Assembly: GCA_964016885.1 (NCBI GenBank)
Contig: OZ024743.1
Span: 6,076,001-6,140,000, forward strand
DNA from: Eledone cirrhosa
Taxonomy: Eukaryota
DNA: 64,000 nt
Direction of reading: 5' to 3'
Under the pieces are notes generated by a model. The model was not told the DNA's origin. It saw nothing but the letters and a program-made list of their open reading frames with translations, and ran no database searches. This document shows, piece by piece, positions 10,801 through 21,807 of the stretch. Position 1 is the first letter of the stretch; every line of letters begins with the position of its first letter. A program made the position numbers and the translations under genes.

Positions 10801-12259
10801 CCACATACAAAATATTTGAACACATCCACACAAAATAATAGAAAGAGGGTTTATCACATTGAAACCTAACAATAACCAATACAATCAGCTTTTTAAATAT
10901 TCAGAGTTTAAGTATTGAGGAATTATTAGAGGAGGTTTAAATGTTTTAAATATTTTACTTAATTATTTTAAGTGTTTGCAATATAGCTGACAAGCCAGAT
11001 TGCAAACAACCAATTACACCCACAAAGGTTACCTCCCTTGATTCCTCAAAAATAAACATTCTGCTATCTCCGTTGGTAACGATCTCATTCAAGGGCGTTC
11101 AGGTTTTTACATAATTAGCACGCAACTCATACTATACGCATGCTACACACAAATAAATTAAGGCTGAGATTTCAAACACTCCGGAATTACCTCTCTTGTT
11201 TCTGAAATTAAGCTCTTATCTGTTTAAAACCAAATATAGTCGGCTAATGAAGTTTTCTTTTTCGTATTTTTGCTGAACACCTGATGAGAGACCAGTTTCG
11301 AAGAACCTCCTCCACTATACGGTGGTGGCCATAACTCGATCCCGAAACAAATGGTTGCGCATACATGTTAAGTGTATGCAACTTTATTTATACTAAATAA
11401 GCTCTCTTGCAATAGATTGAGCATTTTTTCTTGACGATTTATCTACGGATATCCTGCACACACACACATACACACATATATATTCACACCTGAATAAACT
11501 TAATGATACTCTGACACCTTGTTTCTAGTTATTATTAATTATATATATATATAGAAATGGCTTCTGCAGGATTAGAACTGTTTGATTCGAAGAAAATCCC
11601 TGATGATTTCTTTCGAATGAAACAGTTCTAGTCCCGTAGATACCTGAACCCGGGATACACACATACACACAAAAGAGTTTTTATAAAATATATAAAATAT
11701 TACCCGTTTCAATGTAGATAATCTACTATATATTTGAGAGTGAATATGTGTATATGTTGCTGAAAGGCTTCGAAACGGTGTGTCGTAAAGAAAAACGGGT
11801 TTAATTTTCGAAATCTGCATCCTAGGGAGAAGGTTTTTTGGGGCACATGGAGTTTCACAATTCCGAAAAGAATAAAATAAAAACAAAGGAAATAGAAAAT
11901 AGTAATACTACCAATCCCTATTACTGTGATAATTTAAGTAGTCTGGCTTTTATTGAACGTCTCATGCAACATTTCAACACAACCTTATTATTCTGTCCAT
12001 CCATGCCGTCAGCAGAGGGCATTGTTTTCGCTAAGAGGTCATCCGATGTTTACGTGAAGACACTCACGCTAAAGTACACAACAAACCACAATCTCCTCTC
12101 CAAGCCTAAACACAACCAGATTCTTCGAGAGAAGGAGAAGGAGAGTGATGTGATAGAGAGGAAGTGAGGAAGAGACATAGACATAGGATCTATCTCAGTA
12201 CTGGTCAGCGAGTTGACTATTCTGCCAATTTGCCACTTACGTATTTGTATACTTGTTTC

Positions 12260-12446
12260 GGATTGGCGGTATCGGTAGAGGGTTGGACATCATGCTTTGC
12301 AGCATAGAGTCACGGCCCTTTACAGTTTGAGTTCAAATCCCGCCGTGGTTAACTTTGCCTTTCCTACTTACGGGGTTGATAAAATAAAGTACCAGTAACG
12401 CACTGGCACAACTACTGGCCTTGCGCCAAAAGTAGAAACAATTATT
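12260..12446 (+). mobile_element. tRNA-derived SINE family 1
   Basis: A-box-like tggcggtatcgg, B-box gagttcaaatccc, body aactttgccttt..ggggttgataaaataaagtaccag. Five similar + copies in the window. Confidence 0.8.
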
Positions 12447-12844
12447 GTTTAGCTCAAGTTGACCCTTGATTGAGTTTATGTGAACATTCCGTTTTCATCT
12501 TTTTGTTTTCCAGATATAATGTTATCACGGATTACATGATATGGCCTATTCTTCTTTCTTTAACATGATTTCGTGGCAATGTCCAACAGATGAAGCAACG
12601 GCGCAGCGTTCTCTTCATCAGTTTCTAAATGCATGTCTATGTACAAATGTGTGTATACATTTTTAAGTGAAAGTGCGTGTTTGTGTTTACGCATATCTCT
12701 GTCTGAATTCATATTTATGTGCATGTATGCGGGTTTGTACGCGTATGTATGTGTATTTGTACATATGTGTATATGCACACATGCATGATATTTTAAAACT
12801 TCAAATACATAAAATGTAATTAAGTGTAACTATTCTTCAACCAG

Positions 12845-12979
12845 CCTCCCAGGGAGAGAAACGTGGTAAATCCACGTGAGTCTGAAGCTCCAGCTGTAAA
12901 ACCTAAGATGAGGATCATTGAAGAGCGAGGAAGAGATAATCCAATAAATGAATATGATAGTTTACCAAGCAAATTAAAC
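12845..12979 (+). CDS. Internal coding exon of host gene 1 (PPRERNVV..NEYDSLPSKLN)
   Basis: Acceptor ttcttcaaccag|, donor |gtgagt, 135 nt, phase 0-0, in frame with the exon at 14778. Confidence 0.75.
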
Positions 12980-13705
12980 GTGAGTTTCTTTCTTTTTTTT
13001 TATATCAACATTAGGCTCTTAATTTCAAGTTCTCATCTTTTAAAGGAATAAAAAATATTTTACCTTCACTTGTTACTGAAAAAAAATCAGTCTATTTGTA
13101 GATTTCTTTAACTCGACAAGGCAACTAGTTTTGATGGTGTCTCCACCATTACATTTTTAAAATGGATTTTACTGTTAGCTTTTGTTTTTAATATTTCTTT
13201 GTCCTCAGAAACCTTTGCCAATCAATGGAAACATATCATAATCTCAAAACCAAAAAAATAATAAACAAAGCAATCTTTTGAACCCTGTCCTATCAAACTC
13301 TTGTAACATTTCAAACGTGATGGCCTCAGTCGTAAATAATCACTCCCTTTATTAGCTTAAGTTTCTCTCCAACCACAGTGACCATCAGTTGATTTTCTCT
13401 ACAGTCAAATGTACAAAACTCTCCTGACTCTGGAATCGAAAGATCCTCAGATATTCCTCGGTATGTAAGCTCATCTCTGATTCTGTGTTACCGAGGCATA
13501 TCTCAGGATCTTTCGATTCCAGAGTCAGGTTCGATCAATAATAGATCGTTCTCCGAGTTGATCGACAGTGAAACATATGTAATATGATATGTAATATGTT
13601 ATGATGCAACACTGACTCTTTGTTCCTTTATTCTTATAGCATTATACTCTGCTCTGCGTGAGCATCGAGTGCTCACCCGGCATACCGCCTACAGACGCTA
13701 TGGTG

Positions 13706-13925
13706 AAGGTGCGTGGCGCTGAGTGGTTAGAGAATTGGATTCGCAATCGTAAGGTTGTGTGTTCGATTTCCGGACCGGGTGATGCGTAATGTCCTGGGGC
13801 AAGACACTTTATTTCACGTTGCTCCTTCTATCTGGAGTTGCGACCGATAGATATTATTACCAATTGGAAAGACATATGGAAACATTGTTTCCTCGGTCCG
13901 ATTTGACGAAAGTTGATCGATTGTT
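13706..13925 (+). mobile_element. tRNA-derived SINE family 2 (CORE-like central domain)
   Basis: tggcgctgagtggttaga..gttcgatttcc followed by tgtcctggggcaagacactttatttcac. Similar copies at 48884-49140 (+) and 45030-45175 (-). Confidence 0.75.
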
Positions 13926-14425
13926 GATATTTGCTATATTGCGGCTACAACTTCGATTTATAACCATTATATGTGTGTGTGTGTGTACAACCTCTTCCCC
14001 ACCATTATGTTATCATTAATGTTACTAGAAGAACCCCCCCCCCCCTTCGGGTAGTTTTCTGCTAGCATGTGTAGTGTGTATATTGATATTATATGCAGGT
14101 ATATATATATGTAGATATGATACATCAAATAAAATCGTAATTGACAATATATAATACATAGAAATTCAATGAAGACTGAGTTATACTGTCTTATTTAATC
14201 AGTAACGTAATCCATGATACATTAAAAAAGATGATATTATATATAAACTGCATTAGGAGAAAATTAGTGACAGAAAATTAGTATGTTTATTTAAGCGATG
14301 GTCAACCGGAAGTGTTGACATTTCAGAAATTTTAAAGAAGTGAATCTTTAAATAAACAAAATATATTTAATCAACAGCCACGAAATTTAGTAGATTAATT
14401 ATGTAATATTCATTCATTATTCAAA

Positions 14426-14617
14426 GGGCGGTGGATTGGCAGTATCGGTAGAGGGTTGGACACCATGCTTTGTAGCATAGTTACGTCCCTTTATGGTCTG
14501 TGTTCAAATCCCGTCGAGGTTAACTTTGCCTTTCATCCTTACGGGGTTGATAAAATAAAGTGCCAGTAATGTACTGGGATAATTGCTGGCCTTGTGCCAA
14601 AAGTAGAAACAATTATT
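14426..14617 (+). mobile_element. tRNA-derived SINE family 1
   Basis: Same sequence family as 12260-12446. Confidence 0.8.
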
Positions 14618-14777
14618 TATTCAAAGTAATCCAACTTATTTTACTAATGGGATCAAAAATTATAAACCGTACACAGTCCCGCGCTCCTTACTTTATTATA
14701 GTTTAGATTACTATTAGGAATAAATTAAAATAATGAATCGTTGTTATTTGCTGAACGTTGTTATTTTGATATTCCAG

Positions 14778-14960
14778 CGTAAACCACCAACTCCACCAAA
14801 TGTGAGAAAACAAAAGGAAGAAATGTTTAGACCAATATCTGGAAAGGATGATAATTATCTTGCTATGGGTTCAGCGACTTACTATAAAAACTTTCATAAA
14901 AAAGATGATGATGATGTCTACGGTAATGTGGAAGAAGACGATATATATATAAACAATTGA
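14778..14960 (+). CDS. Terminal coding exon of host gene 1; Pro- and Tyr-motif-rich tail (RKPPTPP..DNYLAM..DVYGNV..DIYINN*)
   Basis: Acceptor ttttgatattccag|, phase 0, TGA at 14958-14960, AATAAA immediately after and again near 15221. Confidence 0.8.
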   Translation, partial: RKPPTPPNVRKQKEEMFRPISGKDDNYLAMGSATYYKNFHKKDDDDVYGNVEEDDIYINN

Positions 14961-15439
14961 AATAAAATGATTGCGTTATAATTTTGCAGACACAAACACT
15001 CATACTTGCATGTAGACAGACATCAACATAGTATATCAACGTAACACAAATTAAACTTTTACATTTGTACATATTTGTATGTCTTAAAGTAAAGACACTT
15101 ACCAATTTATATGTTAGTATAAAAGCCAAGCAGTAAAATCTGATAAATTTCATGTCTGTACCTTTTATCTTTTTATCACCAGAAAAATCGTAGACGCTGA
15201 GAAACACTGCATAGTAAAGCAATAAACTATCCGGTTTTGAATGAAAAAATACACTTTACACACATTGGGTACATTTTCTCCGAATTGTTTCCCAACACGT
15301 ATATTGCAAACGTATATCAGAAATGCGTAGGATAGGGAGTAACTTCTTACTAAATGATATTAAAAACATCTATCTCTCCAGCATAACTCACCATCGCTAC
15401 CCCAGTGATGTGGGCTTGGACAGTGTGTGGGAGCGTTCT

Positions 15440-15747
15440 CTGGTATGTAGGCACCCATTTGCAGGCCAACGCGTTGTCCCAGTGAAGATAATGGAGAAAA
15501 CGTTGCTCCGGAGGTTGGCGAGGGAGGCGTGTTAGAATAGCCATTCCAACTCATGGATATTACGGCGAATGGCCAACTCCACCCCAATAGTAGTGAATAG
15601 GGATGGGGTCCGGAGGCCTAGAACGCTAGAAGTCTCTACAGCTACTGGTTCGACCACAAACCCATCGGAGAACAACCGATACTTCGACAGTTTGTTCTCT
15701 TCGGCCTGACGAGCAGTGAAGCCAGAGTTAGTCGCTGGAGGTGCCAT
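15440..15747 (-). pseudogene. CRE-like non-LTR retrotransposon C-terminal (restriction-like endonuclease) remnant
   Basis: ARQAEENKLSKY..FVVEPVAVETSSVLG..IGVELA matches the AE..K..KY..F.P.AVET.G pattern. Confidence 0.65.
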
Positions 15748-15887
15748 TGCATATATTTAAGAAATTAAGAAAATGGTTGTATATAATTTGTCTTTTTATT
15801 TCCTAAATACAAAGAAAATAGTGCACAATCAATCTACTGGCAAAATAATTGTAGCGGTTGTCTCCCTTGTTTGGATTAACATCTAGA

Positions 15888-16037
15888 CGGGAAGTAGAAC
15901 CCTTTCTGTAACTTCCGGTCAGAACCCTATAAAACTAACAACTTTAAGTTCTCACTCTCTCATTGCCCTTCCGGTGCCCTGGCTTTAGCCAGGCGTCCTC
16001 TGCCAGCCGCGTTTGCCTGGCAATCAAAACGGTAACG
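15888..16037 (+). promoter_or_regulatory. Candidate Pol II core promoter (ETS-like sites, TATA, Inr) with short first exon and splice donor
   Basis: cgggaagt 15888, acttccgg 15911, TATAAAA 15928-15934, tcact Inr with A at 15954, donor g|gtaacg at 16032. Confidence 0.4.
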
Positions 16038-16715
16038 ACTAACTTTGTTTCATTCTATCATCTATTTCTTTGACATGTCAACTATACTATCTACCATTGT
16101 TAATTAAATATTATCTACACAAACAATGTATTCCTTGTTACATTCATGCAACCTAGTACTCTCGCTATATAATAAAAGAGAAAATTCACATAGAGTTTAC
16201 ATAAGTAAGAATTCAAATACGAACAGTGTAGATAAAAGGTTCTCAACGGGGGGCATATGCACCCCCAGGGGGCGTTTCGGAAATCCAAGGGGGCGTTTGG
16301 GAGCAAGGGGCATTAGGGGGTCGTTTGGAGCTTTGGAGTGCACTGGCAGGCTCTTTACTTTGGTAATTTTTATAAGCCATATTTGTATGTCTTTGAGACA
16401 GCCAGTGTGAATGCATTTGAATGAGCATACAGACAGCATAACTATGGTCTGACCGCAGCTGTGAGCAGGTGTGCAGGCGTGTCTAGACATTAACCGGCAA
16501 TTGAGATCCTAACAATGGAAAAACCCACAGTCAACTGAGTCAAGGACACTTCAATCGCATCCAGTTAGAATCTTGTCTTATTTCACCGATAACAATGTAT
16601 TTCATGTCTGAAATTATTGACTCAACCGTAACGAGTTAACACTATGTAGATCTATTTTATTTCCTATTGTATAAATAAAAAAAAATAATAATAAAACACA
16701 GAAGCGGGTAGCACA

Positions 16716-16900
16716 CACATCTAGGACCACATACAACACATAAGCAGGTAATACACACATCTAGGACTACATGCGACACATAATCAGGTAATACAAACAT
16801 CTAGGACCACATACAACACATAATCAGGTAATACATACATCTAGGACCACATACAACACATAATCAGGTAATACATACATCTAGGACCACATGCAACACT
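16716..16900. repeat. 40-bp tandem repeat (~4.5 copies) inside the hAT element
   Basis: acatctaggaccacatacaacacataatcaggtaatacat repeated. Confidence 0.9.
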
Positions 16901-17823
16901 TGGCTGTGAAGAAACTCAGCAAGCCACTGAGCAAGTCCTTGCAGGTGGCCCTTGATGTCATCAATTTTATCAAACGGCATTCCCTCAATGAATGAATTTT
17001 TCGGCAACTGTGCCAAGACGAAGAATTCGTCAAGTTGCTCCTTCATACTGAAGTGAGGTGGCTTTCAAATGGTAAGTGCCTTACTCACTTCGACTCCATC
17101 ATTGAGTTTCTGCGAGGACGCAACACAGAACAGTACAAGAAAACCCTCGATGTGAGGCAAGACTGCGCCTACCTCACCAACATCGTTGACAAATGCAATA
17201 GCGTCATTATGGCTTTGCAGGGGAAGAAGATCACCTTGCTTAAAGCAAAGAATGCTGTGAAAACATTCCTGGCCAAATTGAATGTCATCGTAAGGAATCT
17301 TTGTTGACGGGAATTCTATAATTTTCCTAGTGTCGCCAATGTTCAAAACATTGTAAGCGATGACCAACTCCAAATTTATACCGCTCACCTCTGTGCGTTA
17401 CAAGAAAACACGAGAGAACGGTTTGTCGACCTATTGCCGATGGTCATCCCAATGTGGGTAGCAGATCCCTTCACAGCTAACGTCGATGACTTGGACGTTA
17501 TATTTCAGGAAGAATTCATTGAGCTTCAAGCAGATGACATGATCAAAATTAGATTTCCCAAAATAGGTGAACTCCTTTTTTGGATGCAAGAGGAAATTCA
17601 GCGTCGATTTCCACACCTACATGCAGAGACTAAGAGATTTGCTCTGCCTTTTCCAAGCTCATACTTAGTCAAGAGGAGGTTTGGTGCTGTTTCCAGACTA
17701 CACAGTAAGGCTCACAACTGCTACAATGTAATTACATGTGGAGATCTCCGGCTACATCGTACGAAAATCCAGCCTGACGTCAAAGAGTTAGCTAGACTCC
17801 ATAAAGTTCAAGGGTCCCATTGA
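16894..17823 (+). pseudogene. hAT transposase C-terminal half, with in-frame stops
   Basis: QHLAVKKL..INFIK..LLLHTEVRWLS, LQGK, FPSSYLV..FGAV, GDLRL..IQPD. Confidence 0.88.
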
Positions 17824-18499
17824 AATGAGGTCAAAGTTAAAGTAAGTTGATTTATCCGAAAACTTGGATATGCTATTGTCACAAAGCAAACTAACAATTT
17901 TTTATATTTGTAGTTGCAGTCTGACTGGACTGGAAACCATCTACTACAATTCACTTACTCATTTGTTGTATATATTTTACCATTTACTAATAAATATACC
18001 CTCCCGCGAGGTCATGAAAACCCTCTTCCGTGGTCTCTAAGCTCACAAAGCAGAGGGGACATCAAGTTAGATATCAACATTTATTCTGTCTGTTTCATTA
18101 AAAAGAAAATTGGAAAGCTTTGAAATGATATAATTGCCACTTTCTTCCAGATAAGAGCACTCTTTGGATAGACAGAGTTGCTCTTGTATAAATGTTCAAA
18201 ATAGTTGGTATCGCCTGGTGGGAATATAACAAATTCAACTGGTCCTTATTCATAAAAAAGAACATTTATGTTCCTTTTTTTGAAATTTATATATTTCCTT
18301 TCAAGGAATGTATTTATACTCTCAGCTGCCTGCAATGGTATCTTTGGAATATTGATAATCAATTTTTTAGTAATCTACAGATATCAAAATCAGTAGTATA
18401 TTGAAAAATGGAAAAATAGGGTAGGGGGGCGTTTCGTGATTTCGAGGGACAAAAGGGGGCGTTTGGCCTAAATGGGTTGAGAACCTGTGGTGTAGATCT

Positions 18500-18840
18500 T
18501 ACCCCAGAGTAAGAGGTAGATGTCTAATTTGTGACGCTACTGTTAACAACTCTTTTACTCCTTCCCACATCATGGATGCTGTGGTGAAGGTTGGGGTTAC
18601 TGCATCTGTAACTGAACGGAACGAAATTTTAAAATTCAAAGAATTATCAGCCTGTGATATTCAAATTATTTGAGGAAAATAGTCCACTGACAACGAGGTT
18701 CCTATCATTTTGGCGGCTCACCTTACCGAGATATTCTATAATACTTGCAAGCGTGCATGGTTATTCCAGTGCCTTAACCTCTCTATCACCCACAACAGTG
18801 CTGCAAGTGTGTTGGCTTGCATAAAAATTATTAGAAGGAA
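18500..18840 (+). pseudogene. CRE-like retrotransposon C-terminal remnant
   Basis: RGRCLICDATVNNSFTPSHIMDAVVKVGVTASVTERNEILKF. Similar to the fragments at 53260-53410 and 57156-57306. Confidence 0.6.
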
Positions 18841-20527
18841 ACACCAGTGCCCCTTGTCGTGGCGTGTAATTGAGAGTGCATATTATGGAATGAAATAGAG
18901 CAGCCAAAGAGTTGATTGATATCTTCTCTCAATAACTAATATATACAAACTTCTAATCAGATAATTTAGGCTACATTGTTCAATGTATCCATCCCCTTTT
19001 AAAGGAGTAATGTATGGTTTCTTGTTATTTCTCTGTAGCAGTTTCTTTGATGAGTTGAGAAACCATATAGAAGCTCCTTATTGGTTCAATCAATTCTATT
19101 GAGCCCCTGCACCCATTGGCTAAAGTGATGGATTGTGAGATTTCCTAGATATTTCTAATTTGGTGATTGAATCCTTTCCCTCTGGTGACACTTGAATAAT
19201 AAAACCAGGAGAGAATATACACCGTATCCACACTTATATACAAACAAAAGACATGCAGATACTTCAATACATCAATCAATAAAGGTTAGTTACTGATACA
19301 TACATTTTTATAAGAAATGACTAAGTAAAGAAAGTATTGCATTGACAGGTCATAAAAATAAAATAATTAAAAAATTCTCCAGAACACTTTATTCTCAATT
19401 GCCTCAGCTGTGAGTAAGTGATACCACATTTTCTGGGGAAAGGTCATCCGGGTTGATTCCAATTGATAACATGAAAAGAAAAATATTTCTAAATGTGTGC
19501 GTTTCAATTCCCATGGTAATTTTTATTAGTCTAATAAGGAACAGAGAGAATAGATATCTTAACTCTTCTAAACTGTGCTGCTGGAAATTTAGGTGAAATT
19601 AATGTTTTTAATGTTGTGTTTGAATGACATCACGTGCCTTGGCTCCCATGACCTCTCATAGCGTTGCTTTGCTTTCCTTTCCTTCTCTTTTGAGTACAAC
19701 TAAGTGTGAGCGTGTGTAAATGAAATATATACATGTACACCAGATTCGAACACAAGGGGACCTGAGAGAGTCGTAGGGGTACTGTATTGACATACTCTAT
19801 ATGGTGTTACTTAGGCATTTTAAGCTTGGCAGAGCCCATCTCCTCTCCAGGACAGTCTTAGAGAATCATATTAAATACAAGGATGGCAGAAAAATGGGAA
19901 GTCATGTGTTTGTAGCTTGAACCATGACTGACATCCGACTTAGGAAGAATAGTAAGGATTTGTGAATGGCAAAGAGAAATAAAAAAGCTTCATCATAGAT
20001 ATAGCTGACGCATTTGAGTAAAGTATCAGAGAAATAGCAAAGAACAAATCCTCAGCAAATCATAACAGAAAATAGTTGCAGAGTGGACTGAGTGGTTACT
20101 TGCTAAACCTAGATTAATGTTGTGACTGCATGGATAACAGGAAAGAAAATAACGTGTTAAAACACAGGTCAAAATAACTCAGATATTCCCTGATAACAAC
20201 TATACTGTTCAGAAACACTGGAAGAAGCAGTAGTGGAAGGTTAGGTTCCAGAATCGTTGTAATCTGTCAACAGCTGATGAAGCCAGTTTCTCTCAGTACA
20301 AGGTGTAGATTTTATAAAATATAATATGCATGCGCATTTGTTTGGGTGTATGCATGTGTGTGTGTAATGTGTGTCTGAGTGCATGTAATGTGTGTGTGTG
20401 AGTGAATGAGTGTGAGAGTGTGCATGTAATTTGAGTTTAGTTTTTTAGCTTTTGGAATCATGAAATTATAGTGAAAGTTGGTTATTGTTAATTACATCAG
20501 TTAAGGTTTTTATTATATGTTCTAACT

Positions 20528-20619
20528 TTAGGTGTTTTCACTCTTCATGTTCTCTAAAGTATACTTTACTTTTGCCCACATCTTCTCTCCAACAAGCTTG
20601 CTTGTGTTTTGTGGGGTTT
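20528..20619 (-). CDS. Host gene 2 probable terminal exon (ETPQNTSKLVGEKMWAKVKYTLENMKSENT*)
   Basis: Long pyrimidine acceptor ttattttgtag|. Phase 1 matches the exon at 26009-26092. Ends in TAA. Confidence 0.55.
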
Positions 20620-21119
20620 CTACAAAATAATAACAATAAAAAAAATTATTCATTAGAAGAAATTCATTTCCTCACTTTCATTTATTTGTTTTTTTTATTC
20701 AAAACTCCTACCATAATTATCTAATATCTTGTACAGAATAACTCTTCAGAATTTGAAAATAAAGAAGAAAAATTCAATCAGACAACGTTCTTAACAGTTG
20801 ATACATAAACAGATAACTATGGACACACAACATTACTAGAATATACCATCTCCACCACCTCAACACACCACAGCCACCACCACCATCACAACCACCACCT
20901 CCATCACCACCACAACACACCACTTTACACCACACCCACCACAATCATCATCATAATCATCATCACTACCATGTTAATAAGTTTACTGTGTTTTGCTGTA
21001 AGTTATTAATTTTCAATTTCCTGTTCGTACCTGCTTCACAAACAAGGGAGCAGGTGTGTATAGATTCAGTGTGCTGGGTGGTAGATATTGTTATACACTT
21101 ACCACAAATCATGGGTATA

Positions 21120-21745
21120 TCATCATCATCATCATCATCATCATCATCGTTTAACGTCCATCTTCCACGTTAGCATGGGTTTGGACGGGAATTTTCCCAC
21201 TTGAGGCAAGATTGGTTGTCTTGCTCGTATAGGACTGTCTGGCAGGTTTTCTACGGCTGGATGCCCTTCCTAACACCAACCACGTTTACGGTGTGGACTG
21301 GGAGGTTTTTACTGTGTTACCTACACGGCAACATTACAGCGTGGACTGTGTGTTTTTTTTGTCATGACACCTACACGACCTCATTTATTTCGGACTGGAT
21401 GTTGTGGTACCAACATAACTTTACATCGAGAGGGGTGGTGTGGATGGGGTGGGGTAGTGGGACGGGGGTATATTTTGGTAAGAGGTGCCTACTGACTGTA
21501 GGTTTCGCTTTGCACTTAGGCAAGGCGGGTCTTCTGTATTACTGCGTAGTGCCAAAGATCTCGGTCCAGTGACATTGTCTTGGAGAGGTGTAAGTGTGGG
21601 AGGTCGGAATTTATCAAGTCGTCCCAGGTCTTTCTGGGTCTGCCTACTCCGTGGCTACCGTCTATTTTGATCGCCCTGCACTTTTTTATACAGCTGTCGT
21701 AGTTCATGCGCATCACGTGACCATACCAACATAGTCTTCTTTCGA

Positions 21746-21747
<2 letters not shown>
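21120..21747 (-). mobile_element. RTE LINE 3' fragment with (GAT)n tail
   Basis: RRLCWYGHVMRM..GRPRKTW..DRDLW, then a 3' UTR shared with the other RTE copies and a (cat)n tail. Confidence 0.88.

Positions 21748-21802
<55 letters not shown>

Positions 21803-21807
<5 letters not shown>

Larger units (their letters stand above)
16234..18489 (+). mobile_element. hAT DNA transposon (Buster/Charlie type), internally deleted
   Basis: TIRs aaaaggttctcaac / gttgagaacctgtg. 8-bp TSD gtgtagat at 16226-16233 and 18490-18497. Subterminal gggggcgttt repeats. Confidence 0.92.

Noticed and set aside
13706-13780. tRNA gene candidates at SINE heads (also 14426, 33714, 35123, 48884)
   Set aside because: A/B boxes are present but there is no complete cloverleaf, and each continues into a repeated SINE body.
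19406-19530. Minus-strand terminal-exon-like segment (LIKITMGIETHTF..THS*)
   Set aside because: It needs phase 2, but the preceding exons end in phase 1, and a phase-1 terminal exon exists at 20528-20619. It may be an alternative or UTR exon but is unsupported.
20270-20300. CTGATGA motif
   Set aside because: No downstream GAAA or pairing stems; chance match.
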